In this document: one piece after another, positions 36,938-49,640 of the stretch
How positions within the stretch are numbered: the stretch's first letter is position 1
Layout: each line of letters begins with the position of its first letter
DNA from: Felis catus
Taxonomy: Eukaryota
Direction: 5' to 3'
Assembly: GCF_018350175.1 (NCBI RefSeq)
Contig: NC_058368.1
Location: 14,448,001 to 14,512,000 of the forward strand
Length of the DNA: 64,000 nucleotides
Made by a program: the position numbers and the translations under genes
Notes under the pieces: generated by a model
Told to the model about the DNA's origin: nothing
Databases searched by the model: none
The model's input: only the letters and a program-made list of their open reading frames with translations

Positions 36938-37078
36938 CCAATCGGTGCTTTGAACCCAAAGAGAGCTGTGTTTTATGCAGAACGTTATGAGACATGGGAA
37001 GATGATCAAAGCCCCCCCTACCATTATAATACACATTACTCAACAGCAACATCTACCTTATCCTGGCTTGTTCGAATT
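36938..37078 (+). CDS. NBEA: NBEA coding exon (141 nt, phase 0->0): [47 protein letters not shown]
   Basis: Acceptor cttttctctttgtatag; donor gtgagt. Continues RDLSK|PIGA and contains the HY.THYS BEACH motif. Confidence 0.97.
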
Positions 37079-37639
37079 GTGAGTATCTTCATTAAATTAC
37101 TATACTTGTTATTTGTTTTAAACAAAGGTTAGAGACCAGTGAAGTAGAAACGAGAGATTTCAAACTCTAGCAAGACCTGAATCCTTTTTGAAAATAAGTT
37201 TTCTCATTTGCAAAATTGAGTTAGGAAGATAGATTATTGTGAGCTTCTTAAGCCTAAACCAGTTATAAAAGGAACCAGACTCCTGGAGTGCATCCTTAAT
37301 ATCCACTGTTTCCTTTGTCCACTGAAGGTCGCAAGCTGGCACTCTCCCCTGGCCCTCTCAGTCTTGCTTCTTGGACAGTATACATCAAGAACAATTTCTA
37401 AATGTTTGAAAGTCTTCTTTCTGTAATTTTTTTATTTCTCCTAACTCATTAAGGTCTCTCTGATCTTTCAAATACATACCCACATAGACACGCACACATA
37501 CACATACATACGTAACATGCATGCACACGTATGCACATCCATGCAAGCTTCCTTGCCATCCCCACCAACCTTGCAGTTACGTTCTCTCCCTGCATAGTCA
37601 CATGTAAACACAGCCTCCACTAAACTACATTGTGCTAGG

Positions 37640-38400
37640 CTCATCTCTGCTCATCACATCTCATTCAGTCTTTAACCTGGCTATTCAGCTTCCACACCCA
37701 TCACTTCACTGAATTGTTGTTGCAGAAGTCACAAGTTATGGTTCCCATCTCATACCGTGATCTATCTGAATGAAGCATTTGGCATCATTGTTCACTTTCT
37801 TCTTCTTGAAAGTCTTCCCTTCCATGGTTCCTTAGACAATATCCTCTCCTGGTTTATCTCCTACCATCCTAACTGCCCTGCCCAGTCTCATGCTCAGGTA
37901 TTTTTTTTCTCAGTGTTTCTGGTCCCCAGGATTTTTCTGTATACCTTATTCGGGCTATGCCATTCAATTATAAGCTAACGACTTCCAGCTTCTGTCTTCA
38001 TTGCAAGCATTTCTCTTGGGCTCCCAACCTTTATTTTCAAGTGCCTACTGGATATTTCTACCTGAACATCTCATAATACCATAAACACCATTTCCAAAAG
38101 TGAATTTCTCATCTCCTCACAAACCTGTTGTGGTTCTTCCTGTATTTCCAACCTAAATAAATGATGTGATCGCTCACAGAGTTAACATGATCTAGATATT
38201 TTATCTGTTTTGGCAGCCTGCTGCATCCAATCAGATATCACATCAGATAGGTTCTATCAGCTAAATATCTCCACAGTCTCCTTTCTCTATTAACCCTGGC
38301 ATTTCCTTAGTTTAAGTTCCCATTATTTCTCATCTAGATTACTGCAGAAGCCCTTAACAAATCTTCTTGCCTTTTGTCTTGCCTTCTTCAATCCCGTCTA
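37640..38400 (+). mobile_element. L2 fragment
   Basis: cacttcactgaa...atcctctcctggtttatctcctacc...tgcctactggatatttctacctga...ctcatctagattactgca. Confidence 0.7.
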
Positions 38401-38432
38401 GTTAAGAGCAGTTACTGGAGTCAGATGGTCTG

Positions 38433-38646
38433 ATTTTTTTTTAATTTTTTTAAGTTTGTTTATTTTTGACAAAGATAGAGTGCAAGCATGAGCTGGGGAG
38501 GGGCAGAGAGAGAGGGAGACACAGAATGGCTCCAGGCTCTAAGCTGTCAGCACAGAGCCTGACGCGAGGCTTGAACTCATGGACTGTGAGATCATGACCT
38601 GGGCCGAAGTCAGACGCTTAACTGACTGAGACATCCAGGCGCCCCC
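38433..38646 (-). mobile_element. CanSINE (SINEC_Fc-type), antisense
   Basis: T tail; ends atccaggcgcccc. Confidence 0.94.
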
Positions 38647-39173
38647 CCCTTTTTTTTTTTTACTATAAGCAACCAAGGAGTATTATGGAATGCTAACCCA
38701 AATCTGTAAATCAATATAGTCAACAATGTCTTCTCTCCTTACCAAAATATAGCTCAGACCACTCTTTTTCATGAGACAGATTTGCCTCAGAAGCACATCA
38801 GTAAAGTAGCCTACATGCAAATGTGTGTACCTGGAACCGCATCTTCTATTTTCAAAGATTTTTTTTTTTCTCTGCCTAAATGGCAGCTTTAGTTTGGAGG
38901 TCTTTCTCAAACATTCTCTCTGTTATGGGGACAAATTGAACTCACCACAAATATAGTATGAGTATCTTTTAAGTAGCTTGTAAATCACTGATAGGTAATA
39001 TGCTGTAATTACTCTTATTACAAAAAAAGATTTGTCAGAATTATGACTCAGCTTAACTTAACACAAACTTTATATTTTTTATAATCTTAAAGCAGTATGA
39101 GTAGTTTTAAAAAGTTAAGTTTAACTAACCTATGAGAAAATAAACCCAAATCTTATTTTAAAAATAAACTCTG

Positions 39174-39400
39174 GGGGCGCCTGGGTGGCTCAGTCGGTTA
39201 AGCCTCCCACTTCAGCTCAGGTCACGATCTCACGGTCTGGGAGTTCGAGCCCCGCGTCGGGCTCTGGGCTGATGGCTCAGAGCCTGGAGCCTGCTTCCGA
39301 TTCTGTGTCTCCCTCTCTCTCTGCCCCTCCCCCGTTCATGCTCTGTCTCTCTCTGTCTCTGTCTCAAAAATAAATAAACGTTAAAAAAAATTTAAAAAAA
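39174..39400 (+). mobile_element. Young felid SINEC_Fc
   Basis: CpG-rich; TSD aaactctg on both sides. Confidence 0.96.
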
Positions 39401-40814
39401 AACTCTGTAATTATAAACTAAAGAAAAATACATAAAACTTTTTTTAGCCCGAAGGTATTGTCTAATTTTCTAAAGATTTACCTTAATTACGTGAACTCAG
39501 ATTCTTTTATAAAAATGTTTCTGAGCTGTTTCTTTTTTTTTTCCTGAGCTAACAGTTTCTTAAGAAATATTTTTTAACTCTAGCACTTTTAAAGAATAAC
39601 AATTTCTATTTCTTTATTTTCTGTTAATTTTTGAGGAATATGAGATTTAAATAGGTGCCCATTTACCCCTATAAACCAATCAGAACAGAGTACCTTGCTT
39701 TATGGGTTGTAATCATTTTTTAATACACTCCAGATGTAGGGAAATACTTCACACTCACACAAGAGTTAAAGGCTTTTCTGAATTACAGACACACAAATAT
39801 ATTGAGGACTTATAGCTTCTATCCTGTAATGTCAGCCACAGGTCAAAACAAAACACAGAAACACAAAAAATTACCAGTCAAGATTTCAAGGAGCTGGTGT
39901 CCTTTACAAGGGACATAAAATATGTTCTTATTTGATTTGGGCTCACAAATAGGCAGACCAGAAAACAAAAAGGCTAATAAATTCTCTGATCACCAAATGG
40001 TGAGACCATGAAACCAAATTCTCAGTCATTACCACCACCAGTGGGAAATTACTGATTAGCAGTGCATGTTACAAATGTTATAATAAAAATATCAGCAAAG
40101 GGGTTAAAAAAAAAAACCTAGAGTAAAAGTGTGTCAGTAAAGTTAAAGTTATATTTGCTGCTTAGAATTCCCTCTACAGAGCAAGAAAAGGGATACTGGG
40201 GCTTAAGCAACCCTTGAGATATACCTCCTGTGTATTTGGCTTCATAGAGTTCATTCTCAAAGGGACTTCCAAAACTGTTAGAAAAGGAAGTTTTTAGAAA
40301 GCAGTGAAACCAGAGGTATTCATCCTGGGAGGTCTTTTCATATCACCTTGGGTTCCATCAGGGACAGTCATTGCTGTAGTGAGCCACTGCCATAAGGAGA
40401 GTAAGACACCTTTCTCAGGTATTTTGGTGATAAAAAAAAAAAATCAGGAATCATTTCAGAAAGAACATTTCAACTGGGTTGTTTGAGATTTAATTGAGAT
40501 TATATATGTGATATTATTTTGAAATATATAAATTGGTATTTGGTGGTTTCTGTGTGATCGAATTAGACTGAAGCCAGATTTAGAAGACTTATTTGTGTGA
40601 ATCTGTAAAAATACTTGCTATCAATAGCTTGGTTTAAGTTAACAATCTTGTATCTCTAATAAAGCTAAATACTTCCTCAAGACATAAATGATAATTCATC
40701 CTTGAATTGATTTATTATTCCAGTGAAATGGAGTACAAATTTGAATCTGTACAAGAGTATGGCAGAAATTCTATGCACATTCATTCTACACATCCTCTTC
40801 TAGCATTACCTATA

Positions 40815-41131
40815 ATAGTGCTGCACCGTGGAAATAGAATGCAAGTCACTTATGTAATTTGAAATTTTTAGTAGCCACATTTAAGAGTAAAAAGAAATAG
40901 GTGAAATTAATTTTAACAAACATATTTGTTAACCCAGTATATTCAAAGTGTTATAATTTCAACACTTAACCAACATAAAAATTTTTAATGATATATTTTA
41001 CTTTTGGGGGCTACTAAGTCTTTGAAATCCAGAATGTCTTTTATATTTAGAGCACATTCAGTTTGAACGAGCCATAGTTCAGGTACTCAGGAGTCACATG
41101 TTGCAAATGCCTACTGTATTGGACAGAACAG
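40815..41131. mobile_element. MER33-like hAT-Charlie MITE
   Basis: tatgtaatttgaaatttttagtagccacatt...ggtgaaattaattttaa...ctactgtattggacagaacag. Confidence 0.8.
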
Positions 41132-42049
41132 ATCTATAGGACTGCTTTTACGGGGACTCATTTAGCTGACACATCTTATGTCACGCTGTTACAAATAGAA
41201 GTATCCTGGTCTAATAGCTTAGTAAGTGTTTAACCTAATGGCCCAGGGAATTGTGGTTTCCTCACTCCTATCCCATGGAGTTTAAGAAGTAGAAAATGCA
41301 TTAAGATTCATGTCGCTAAGACTTTGTTCAAAAAAACAAAACACAGGTGAAAGTATTTGCCCTTTACCTTTCAAGTCTTTTGGACCCAAAGTCATTAAAC
41401 TCATTATTTGTTTCAATCAGTTTATTGAGTACAACAATGATAATAACTGCTTTAAGATGCTAATCAACTACATATCTCATTACTTTAAATTTAAAATATT
41501 ATTTTAGACAAACTAACAGTGAAGTCACTTGTCTGAATTACCAGACTCTGTAAAGCTTATTCCTTGATAGCAGCCATTGGGCAAATGATGAATTAACTAT
41601 TATGGTGGAGTTTGGAGTTTCCCCAGATACTAACCAGCATAAAAGGCACACTTAACTTGGAATGTTTTTACTTTAAATCTTACCCTGAACATATAGTGTA
41701 TAACATATACACAAAAGTAATTAAATCTTACTCTCTGACCTTTACATCCCTCAGTAACCTATTCACCTTCCAAATTCACTATATTCCACCTACATATTCA
41801 AATCTCATTTGTCTAATATTTAATCATAATCTTTAAGGAAGTTGAATAGGTTGTGCAAAAAAAGTTCACTTATAAATTAGTTGTTTGGAATTTGGGACTT
41901 TTAAAAATAAATTATGGTTTTTTTTGGAAAGCCTACCCAAGAGCCTGTTCACACCATACTATATCTTTAAAAGTGTATCTTTCTAGTGAAGAAATAGTGG
42001 AAACACTTTTGCAGGTATTGTAATTAAAACCAAAAGATAATGCTACTGA

Positions 42050-42615
42050 ATATATTGTTATGTAAGTTTCAGGTATACACCTTTATGATTTGACATCTGT
42101 GTTCCCTACATAGTCTAGTTACCATCCACCACCACACAGTTGACCCTCTTCACCCATTTCACCCACCACCCAAACCCTTTCCCCACTGGGAACCACTAGT
42201 CTGTTCTTTGTATCTACGAATTTGTTTTTGTTTTATTTCGTGTGTTCATTTGTTTTGCTTGTAGGTTCCATATGAGTGAAATCTTTGTCCTTCCTTATCT
42301 GATTTACTTTGCTTAGCATGTAATACACTCAAGGTCTATCCATATTATTACAAAGGGCAAGATTTCATTCATTTTTATAGCTGAGTAGTAGTCTACTGTG
42401 TAAATGTACCTCAACTTCCTTATGCACACATCTGTCAATGGACACTTAAGTAGTTTCCATGTCTTCATTATTGTAAATTATAATACTACAATGAACATAC
42501 GAGTACATGTATCTTTGCAAATTGGTCTCTTTGTATTCTTTAGACAAATACCCAGAAATAGAATAGTTGGGTCATATTATAGTCCTATTAATAACTTTTT
42601 GAGGAAGCTCCATAA
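42050..42615 (-). mobile_element. L1 3' end, antisense (L1MA/carnivore type)
   Basis: tccatatgagtgaa...gatttactttgcttagcat...gcaagatttcattc...atacccagaaatagaat...tttttgaggaagctccata. Confidence 0.85.
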
Positions 42616-44279
42616 AGATTTGGAATTTTTAACCAAACGCCTGATTTATAATAAGTACGTAGGTTAGTTACAAGAGTCTTTTTGAAGATTCTAAAAGATA
42701 CATCTAGATTCATTTGAAAGCAATGTGAGAAAATAAACGTGTAGAGTTAAACAATGCACCATACAAATAACGGTTCCTCCATTTCCTGGAATGTAATGCT
42801 GAATTTCTCAAATGTAAAATGGGAACCATTATACCTACTCTGAAGGATAATCACGAGGACTGAATTAACTGAGATAATACAGTGCTGAGGACAGAAGGGT
42901 GCTCAGTACCTCTTATTTCCCTTCCCTTTGATTTTTATTATGCTTTGTGTCACTTCAAGATATACACCTCTTCTTTGGTATAGTTATGTACCAAACCCTG
43001 CCCATTACCCATGAATGGGATTTGCTTGAAATGAAAGGAAGGAAAAGAAGGCAGGTACAGGGGAGAGGGACTTAAGAAAAGACCTACGAGATTATGGAGC
43101 AAATATTATAGAAGACAGAAAATAAAGGGGTTGAGTGAAGAGAAGAGAAACAGGGGAACAGAGTTAGATTGCCCAGTATGGAATTGATCAGTCTGTAATC
43201 ATTGAAAGGCAAGAAAGGTTGTTAGTAGTATCTTTGCAGGGGATAAAAGTGATGATAAAATTCAGTGGGACAGGTATTACCCAGCGCAGGCCTAGCTAGT
43301 TTGGTTTTCTAGTACTAAAGCAGTGTTGGAAGATAGGAAGTGATCTTAGGGTAGATGTAGTTAGGAGAAGGAGGAATGCTATCAACCATTAGTATTGCAG
43401 GACCTAACAGGAAGTTCGTAAAGCCCAAGAAATGCCAGCATTTTAATTTCTGAAATTTCTACTTAATATTTATTCATTTGTACATCTTGCAAACAGAAAG
43501 CTTTTCTAGTATAATGATAAATCATCTACTGTGGTAATGTATATGTGGAAAATGGTCAAATCAGCATATTAGGTGAAAAAGTATAAAAGTTTCTTAAGCT
43601 TCATATACCACTTAATCCTCTATGTTAGCCTAAATGGAAAAAGAAAAGCCTTCCACTGTGCCTTGAACATAATAAGGAAACACATGGGAAAAGGTAATCT
43701 CCACGGTAATCAGAGCTTGAAAGATCAATACTCACTTAGAAACAAATAGGTTATCAATTTCTATTCGTACTCGACCACTGTTGCAGCTGGAGGCCTTCAG
43801 GAATAATGACAATATTTGTCAGTAATGTACTATGTGACCCTAAAACAGTTGTTAATCAGATCTTTTTTAAAGCTACTTAAAACTGTGGAATGTGGCATTC
43901 AGTATTCTCCGCTTTTGGGTGCCACCAGTTTCATAGACTTCATGACCAGAAACAAAAGTAATTCTCTAATTTCATGTTTCTTTTTGCTATGCCCATCTGG
44001 GCTATTCTTGACATACCTTTGTTAAGGTTTGAAAACCAGGAAGGACTTTATCATTTATGTCAGGATAGAGATCAGCTTTTAGTGGCTGATGATAAAAAGT
44101 AAGGTTTTGCACGTATGAATGGGTCTTCGCCCACTTCAGTGTAATAGGTTAAAAATTGTAGAGACGAGTCCCATCCCTGTAAATTAATCCCTGCCTATGA
44201 CCCACAGAGAAAAACAAAAAAATAAAAGTACCTTACATTGGCATCCTAGAATAATGAAGAAGTGGATTCTGAAGTTACT

Positions 44280-44484
44280 TTTTTTATAATCTTTTTTTTT
44301 TATATTTATTTCTGAGAGAGAGCAAGCGAGCAGAGGAAGGGTAGAGAGAGAGGGGGACAGAGGATCCCAAGCAGGCTCTGCACTGACAGCAGAGAGCCTG
44401 ATGAGGGACTCGAACTCACAAACGGCGAGACCATGACCTAAGCCAAAGTTGGGCGCTCAACCGACTAAGTCTCTCGGGTGCCCC
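44280..44484 (-). mobile_element. CanSINE, antisense
   Basis: T tail; ends gggtgcccc. Confidence 0.92.
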
Positions 44485-44669
44485 TATTTATATCTTGAGA
44501 GATATAGAGAAAGAGAGCAGGGGAAGGGCAGAGAGAGAGGGAGACCGAGAATCCCAAGCAGGCTCCACACTGTCAGCAGGAGCCCAAAGTGGGGCTCCAT
44601 CCCGTGAACCGAGAGATCATGACCTGAGCCGTGATCAACAGCCTGACGCTTGAGCCATCCAGGTGCCCC
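44485..44669 (-). mobile_element. CanSINE, antisense, tandem with the previous one
   Basis: Ends ccaggtgcccc. Confidence 0.9.
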
Positions 44670-45798
44670 TGAAGAAACATTTATGAAACACAAACCATGA
44701 GCCAAGCACAATACTTGGTGCTAAGGATGCAGAGATGAATGAGGCCTAAGGCACTAAGAGTCTGGTCAGGTTGTCTGGTGAACTGGCGGTCTGGTATGAG
44801 GCCCAGCAGTGAATACTCGACACGGTGCATACAGCTGTTGTCATTTTTATAACTCTGTGTCAGGTGAGCCACTCCAAGCTTTCCCAATATTATCTCATTG
44901 TATTTAATTCCCATAATTATCCCCAAGGTGTTGTCCTTCCCAATTAACACAGATGAAGGAACCGAAGCATAGTTATTTAACATCGCTACGTAAGGTTAAA
45001 TAACTTGCCTAAAAGAAGGAAATGGTGTGTTCCACCAAGATTCAGATTTAGACCTGTCATTTTTCATTCCGTTTACCATTGCTACTTCTAGACTTGTTTT
45101 GATCCCTACTTTAATTAATGTAATTTAGTGATAAGCTACACCACATTAATTACCTAATGTTTAATAGTGAGTTAAAAATCTACAAAGCAAATTAATTAGT
45201 GAAGGTCATCTCAAAAAATTTTTCTTCCTAACTTAATTTCAGTGACATCAATTTGTCTTTCATGTCACTTAAAATCTTAAACAGCAATACGGACTTCCTG
45301 CATGCCTATCTGATTTACAGGTGAATCAGTAATACCTTCCTCTATTTATTGTTGTATCATTCTTCATCCAATATCTTTGATCATACTTTTCTATCATCCA
45401 ATACTGAACATAAAATATTCCTGATATGTTACAAACTTATAACACTGATGACATCTAGCCACACTAAATTTCAGGAGGAGACTGAGGAAAATGAGTGTTT
45501 GTAGCTGTTGCCTTACAGCTAACGGCAACAAGAGACGTTCAAAGGGGCAAAGTCATGCTTTGTAGACATACAAGAATTAAGAGGGATTATATGTTAAAGA
45601 AAAATAACTGTTTAGGAAAATGTTGTGGAGGTTTCTTAGCATTATTGAACCTAGGGGTGATATGTCATTCCTCCTAGACTTAAGAAAGAATCAAACCACA
45701 GAAAAAGAAATGTATATTTATCTGTGTTATACCTGTAGTTAAAACTAAGAAAGCCTTGGTAAGAATGAATGTCATTTAATCTTTTAAAATTCAGAAAT

Positions 45799-46020
45799 GG
45801 GTGCCTGGGTGGCTCAGTCGGTTAAGCATCTGACTTCGGCTCAGGTCATGATCTCACGGTTCGTGGGTTCGGGCCCCACGTCAGGCTCTGTGCTGACAGC
45901 TCAGAGCCTGGAGCCTGCTTCGGATTCTGTGTCTCCCTCTCTCTCTAACCCTCCCATGCTCATGCTCTGTCTCCCTCTGTCTCTCAAAAACAAATAAACA
46001 TTAAGATAAAATAAAAAAAA
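45799..46020 (+). mobile_element. CanSINE (SINEC_Fc-type)
   Basis: Full length; TSD-like taaa(a/t)ttcagaaa. Confidence 0.95.
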
Positions 46021-46249
46021 TAAATTTCAGAAACAAATTTAATGACATCAGAAATAATGTCTTTCTCCCAACACAAAAACTACACACAAAAAAACATTAC
46101 AATTAAATGATTAGGACTGTGGATAGTTATCCCTAGGTTTTCTGCCATGGGAACATGTACTGGGTGGCAGACACTGTGTTTTTGTGAGGTAATAATGACA
46201 CAATACCGAAAGGACTCGAGTTTATCTAGTCTTATTTGCACTTAATTTT

Positions 46250-46810
46250 ATTTCATTCATTTCTTTGCCAGGTTATACACTGAGCAACTTCTGTGTACCA
46301 GGAATTGTTCTAAGTGTTGGAGATAAAACAGTGAACATGACAGATATAGAATCTGTTCATGTGGGGGAGGGGGTGATAGACAAGTTACAAATCACTTAAA
46401 AATAGTGTGACAAGTGTTCCAGTGATGTATTTAGAAAATATAGGTTGTATATTTTCATACAACCTATATTCATACAACCTGTATTTTCATACTGGAGATC
46501 TTGGCAAATCAAGGAAAGTCAGGAGAAAATGACATCTTGGCTGAGACATAAAGGATAGAGAGAACTTAGTCAAGTAAGGATGGTGAGGGAAAGGAATAAA
46601 TTGGTACCAGGCAGAGGAGACATCACCTACAAGGGACAGGAAGTGAGAGCAATGTGGCACAACCTTAGAATGTGAAGAAAGGAAGAGGAAAGATAATTTT
46701 CCAGATCATTCAGGACCTTTTAAGACAAACTGAATAGTTTTAGACTTTCTCCTAAGCCATTGGAGGATTTTAAGCAGAACTTTGCATTTTAAAAAAGATC
46801 ATCAGACCGT
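46250..46810 (-). mobile_element. L2 fragment, antisense
   Basis: ttcattcattt...ctgagcaacttctgtgtaccagg...ggagataaaacagtgaaca...gccattggaggattttaagcag. Confidence 0.75.
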
Positions 46811-47253
46811 AATGTTGTACAAGTACTTTAGTGGACTTTCATAGGTAATCTAAGGTGGCCATTCCCTACCCAATTCCACAGTGCAGTGAACAGTGCCAGA
46901 GTGGTTTTCTTATTATGTATGGCCTTCGTTATTAGAAAGAAATTCAGAGTTATAAACTAATAATAATGCAAAGTCATTCATCATTAAATCATAGAGCACT
47001 AGTATTCCATCATCTTATGGGTCAGAAGACTGAAGCCCAAGAAGCAAAATGGACTGACATTTTGTGACAAGTGCCTCAGCAGCCCAGTCAGGCCCAGACA
47101 GGTACCTCCTGACTCCTGGATGTAGGCATCTTTCCAGGTCCCTGCACTGTTCCGACCTCGTGAGGGTTTCAAAGACAGTCATATTTTATTTCGGGTGGAA
47201 CAAGGCCAGTTGTGTTCAGAAGGGTCAAATTCCTGATTCTTCTTTTTGCTCAG

Positions 47254-47373
47254 GAACCTTTCACAACCTTCTTCCTCAATGCAAATGATGGAAAATTTGA
47301 CCATCCAGATCGAACCTTCTCATCGGTTGCAAGGTCATGGAGAACCAGTCAGAGAGATACTTCTGATGTAAAG
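47254..47373 (+). CDS. NBEA: NBEA coding exon (120 nt, phase 0->0): [40 protein letters not shown]
   Basis: Acceptor tctttttgctcag; donor gtaggc. Contains RI|EPF and GKFDH.DR.F BEACH motifs. Confidence 0.97.
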
Positions 47374-49605
47374 GTAGGCTCTTTTATTTGTTGATACTAA
47401 TTTAATTTCAAAAGGGCTGAAATCTTGCTTTTTTAATTTAATTGGCTCTATAAGACATTTTATACTACAGTTTTCTTCCGTCGTATTTTAAAATCATGTG
47501 GCACATCTAACCTCAAAGGAAACGAGAGGAAATGATCATGAGCATCACAGAAAATGATTCAGAATTCATTTATGTTATTCAGTTAAGGTATTTTCGTTAT
47601 TTCAAAAAATTCCTATCTAATTTAGATCGAATAATCTGGAGATGGAAAGAAGAGGCCATAAATTGCTTTTCCTGCTGTTAACTCAATATTTGGCCCATTC
47701 CATAAAACACAGCAGGAATTGGATTTGACCTTAATGTGTCATATTGTTATAGCTTGCCCAGCTTTGGGTTTATGTAGCCTGGGGCAATTAATAAAGCATT
47801 AATGACAAGACCCATTTAAAATGTAGGCTTTTCTGTACAGCCTTAGCTTTTACTTGACTGTGCCTGGGGATACTATGCAACAATACACATTAGATTAAAC
47901 CAACACACACACGATACTGAGGAACAGCCAGGGAGCAGAGTAATTTTACAGTTGGTACTACTTAACTATTGTTAAATACAAAGATTTGTTATTCATTTAC
48001 ATAGGCTTTTGTTTAAGAAAAAAAAAGGTTGTATTCAAAACAATAAAATACATTTGTTCTCTCATTTTTTTCTCTGATAATGAGATATGGTCAGGTTATT
48101 GCATAGGTATATGTGTTTCTTATCCTAAGCCCTCTTTCTTCAAGGCAGATTTTTCCCCATCACTGCCACTGCCACTCATATTGTTAGATAAAAAAAAATA
48201 TTATGGTATTATTACACTTAAGGTCTTAATCCAACAAAAGGCAGTGAACTAAAGTCAAAATTTTCATATTTTTGCTTATCTATTGCAAACATTTTTAACA
48301 AGGCAATTACAACCTTATGGAACTGTAAGAAAACTGGATGAGTACAACTTTGCTCAGTTCTTTTCAAAAGTGGAAAACAAACAAAATGGATCTAACAAGT
48401 GTGTAGCTAATCCATACATTTTGTTTATTGCTATCAAAGATAATTCAGAGCTGTATCCACATTGTATCAGATTTTTCACGTGAAAATGCCTGCTCACTCT
48501 TATTAGACATCATCACAAAAAAGAAAATTGGCTTTTCAGCCTAATTCAAAGATCTACCCCTACAAACCTACTCACAGATCAGTTAATCACTCTAATTTAC
48601 ATAGTTTTAGACTTATTTTCTATCCTGAGAACTTTATTGATGCTTCTTATCACCAAAAATATCTCACCAAGTTACAGGTCAGTCTCTGATGACCAATGTT
48701 CATACCAGGCTCTTCCCTCTTAAAACTGCTAGGATTTCTCCCGGCACATTCCTGTTGTAGAACTTTTAAGAAATGCATACATTTTGTTACCATTGTGTTG
48801 CTTTGGTTCCTGGGGGTCACATCACCAATGATAGTGGCCATCACTATCTGGGGAGGTTTTTCTCTTTTTTTATCCTCAAGCAGCTGTGCTGAATACAAAC
48901 AGGACCTATTCCCCCAACCCTGGACTTAATTAGTTCATAACAAGCTCATTTCCCCAGGTTGACATTGCATGGATTTTCCCATCTTCCATTCCCTTTCATA
49001 CTTTATGATAGGTGTACCTTGAATATCTTTCCATATAGATCCTTTCTTTTTAAAGGCTGCACATTGCGCACATACACAATAATTTATTTTGACAATCTCC
49101 TGTTTATAGATAGCTTGTCTTTCTCTCTGATTGTTACTGTTAAACACAAGGCTGTAGTAAACAGCCTTGCAAAGTCATCTTGATGAACTTTGGGTATATA
49201 TGTAAAGGCTAATTTCTACTAATGGCTAAATGGCTATACACACTTTTAACTTGGAAAGATATTGCCAAAGCATTATTCACAGAGTTGGTAGTTCACTCCC
49301 TAGAGCAGTATGTGAGGATGCCTCCTTCCCCACAGCCCCCCTCATCACTATTTTAATAAATGGTGTAATTTTTGCTAATCCAGCGAGTGAAAATAGAGTT
49401 GTCTTTGTTTGGGCTTGCATGTCATTAATTATGACTGAAACTGAGGATTTTGCATATATTTATTGACCTGTAAACTTACTCCAGTCTTTTCCCATTTTTC
49501 AGTTGGGTCATATGTCTTTTTCTTATTGATTTGAAAAAGATCTTTGAAATTGCATCAAGTTGCATTACAAGTATGTTTTCTCAGTCTTTTTGTTGTGCTG
49601 TATTT

Positions 49606-49608
<3 letters not shown>

Positions 49609-49637
<29 letters not shown>
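49609..49637. repeat. (TG)n microsatellite inside an old antisense L1 relic (about 48950-49700)
   Basis: Repeat read directly; flanks resemble a degraded L1M element. Confidence 0.85.

Positions 49638-49640
<3 letters not shown>

Noticed and set aside
38660..40400. Possible degraded ERV internal sequence
   Set aside because: It has a vague resemblance to old LTR-internal DNA, but I could not anchor it with LTRs, a PBS or a coding motif; a Dfam search is needed.
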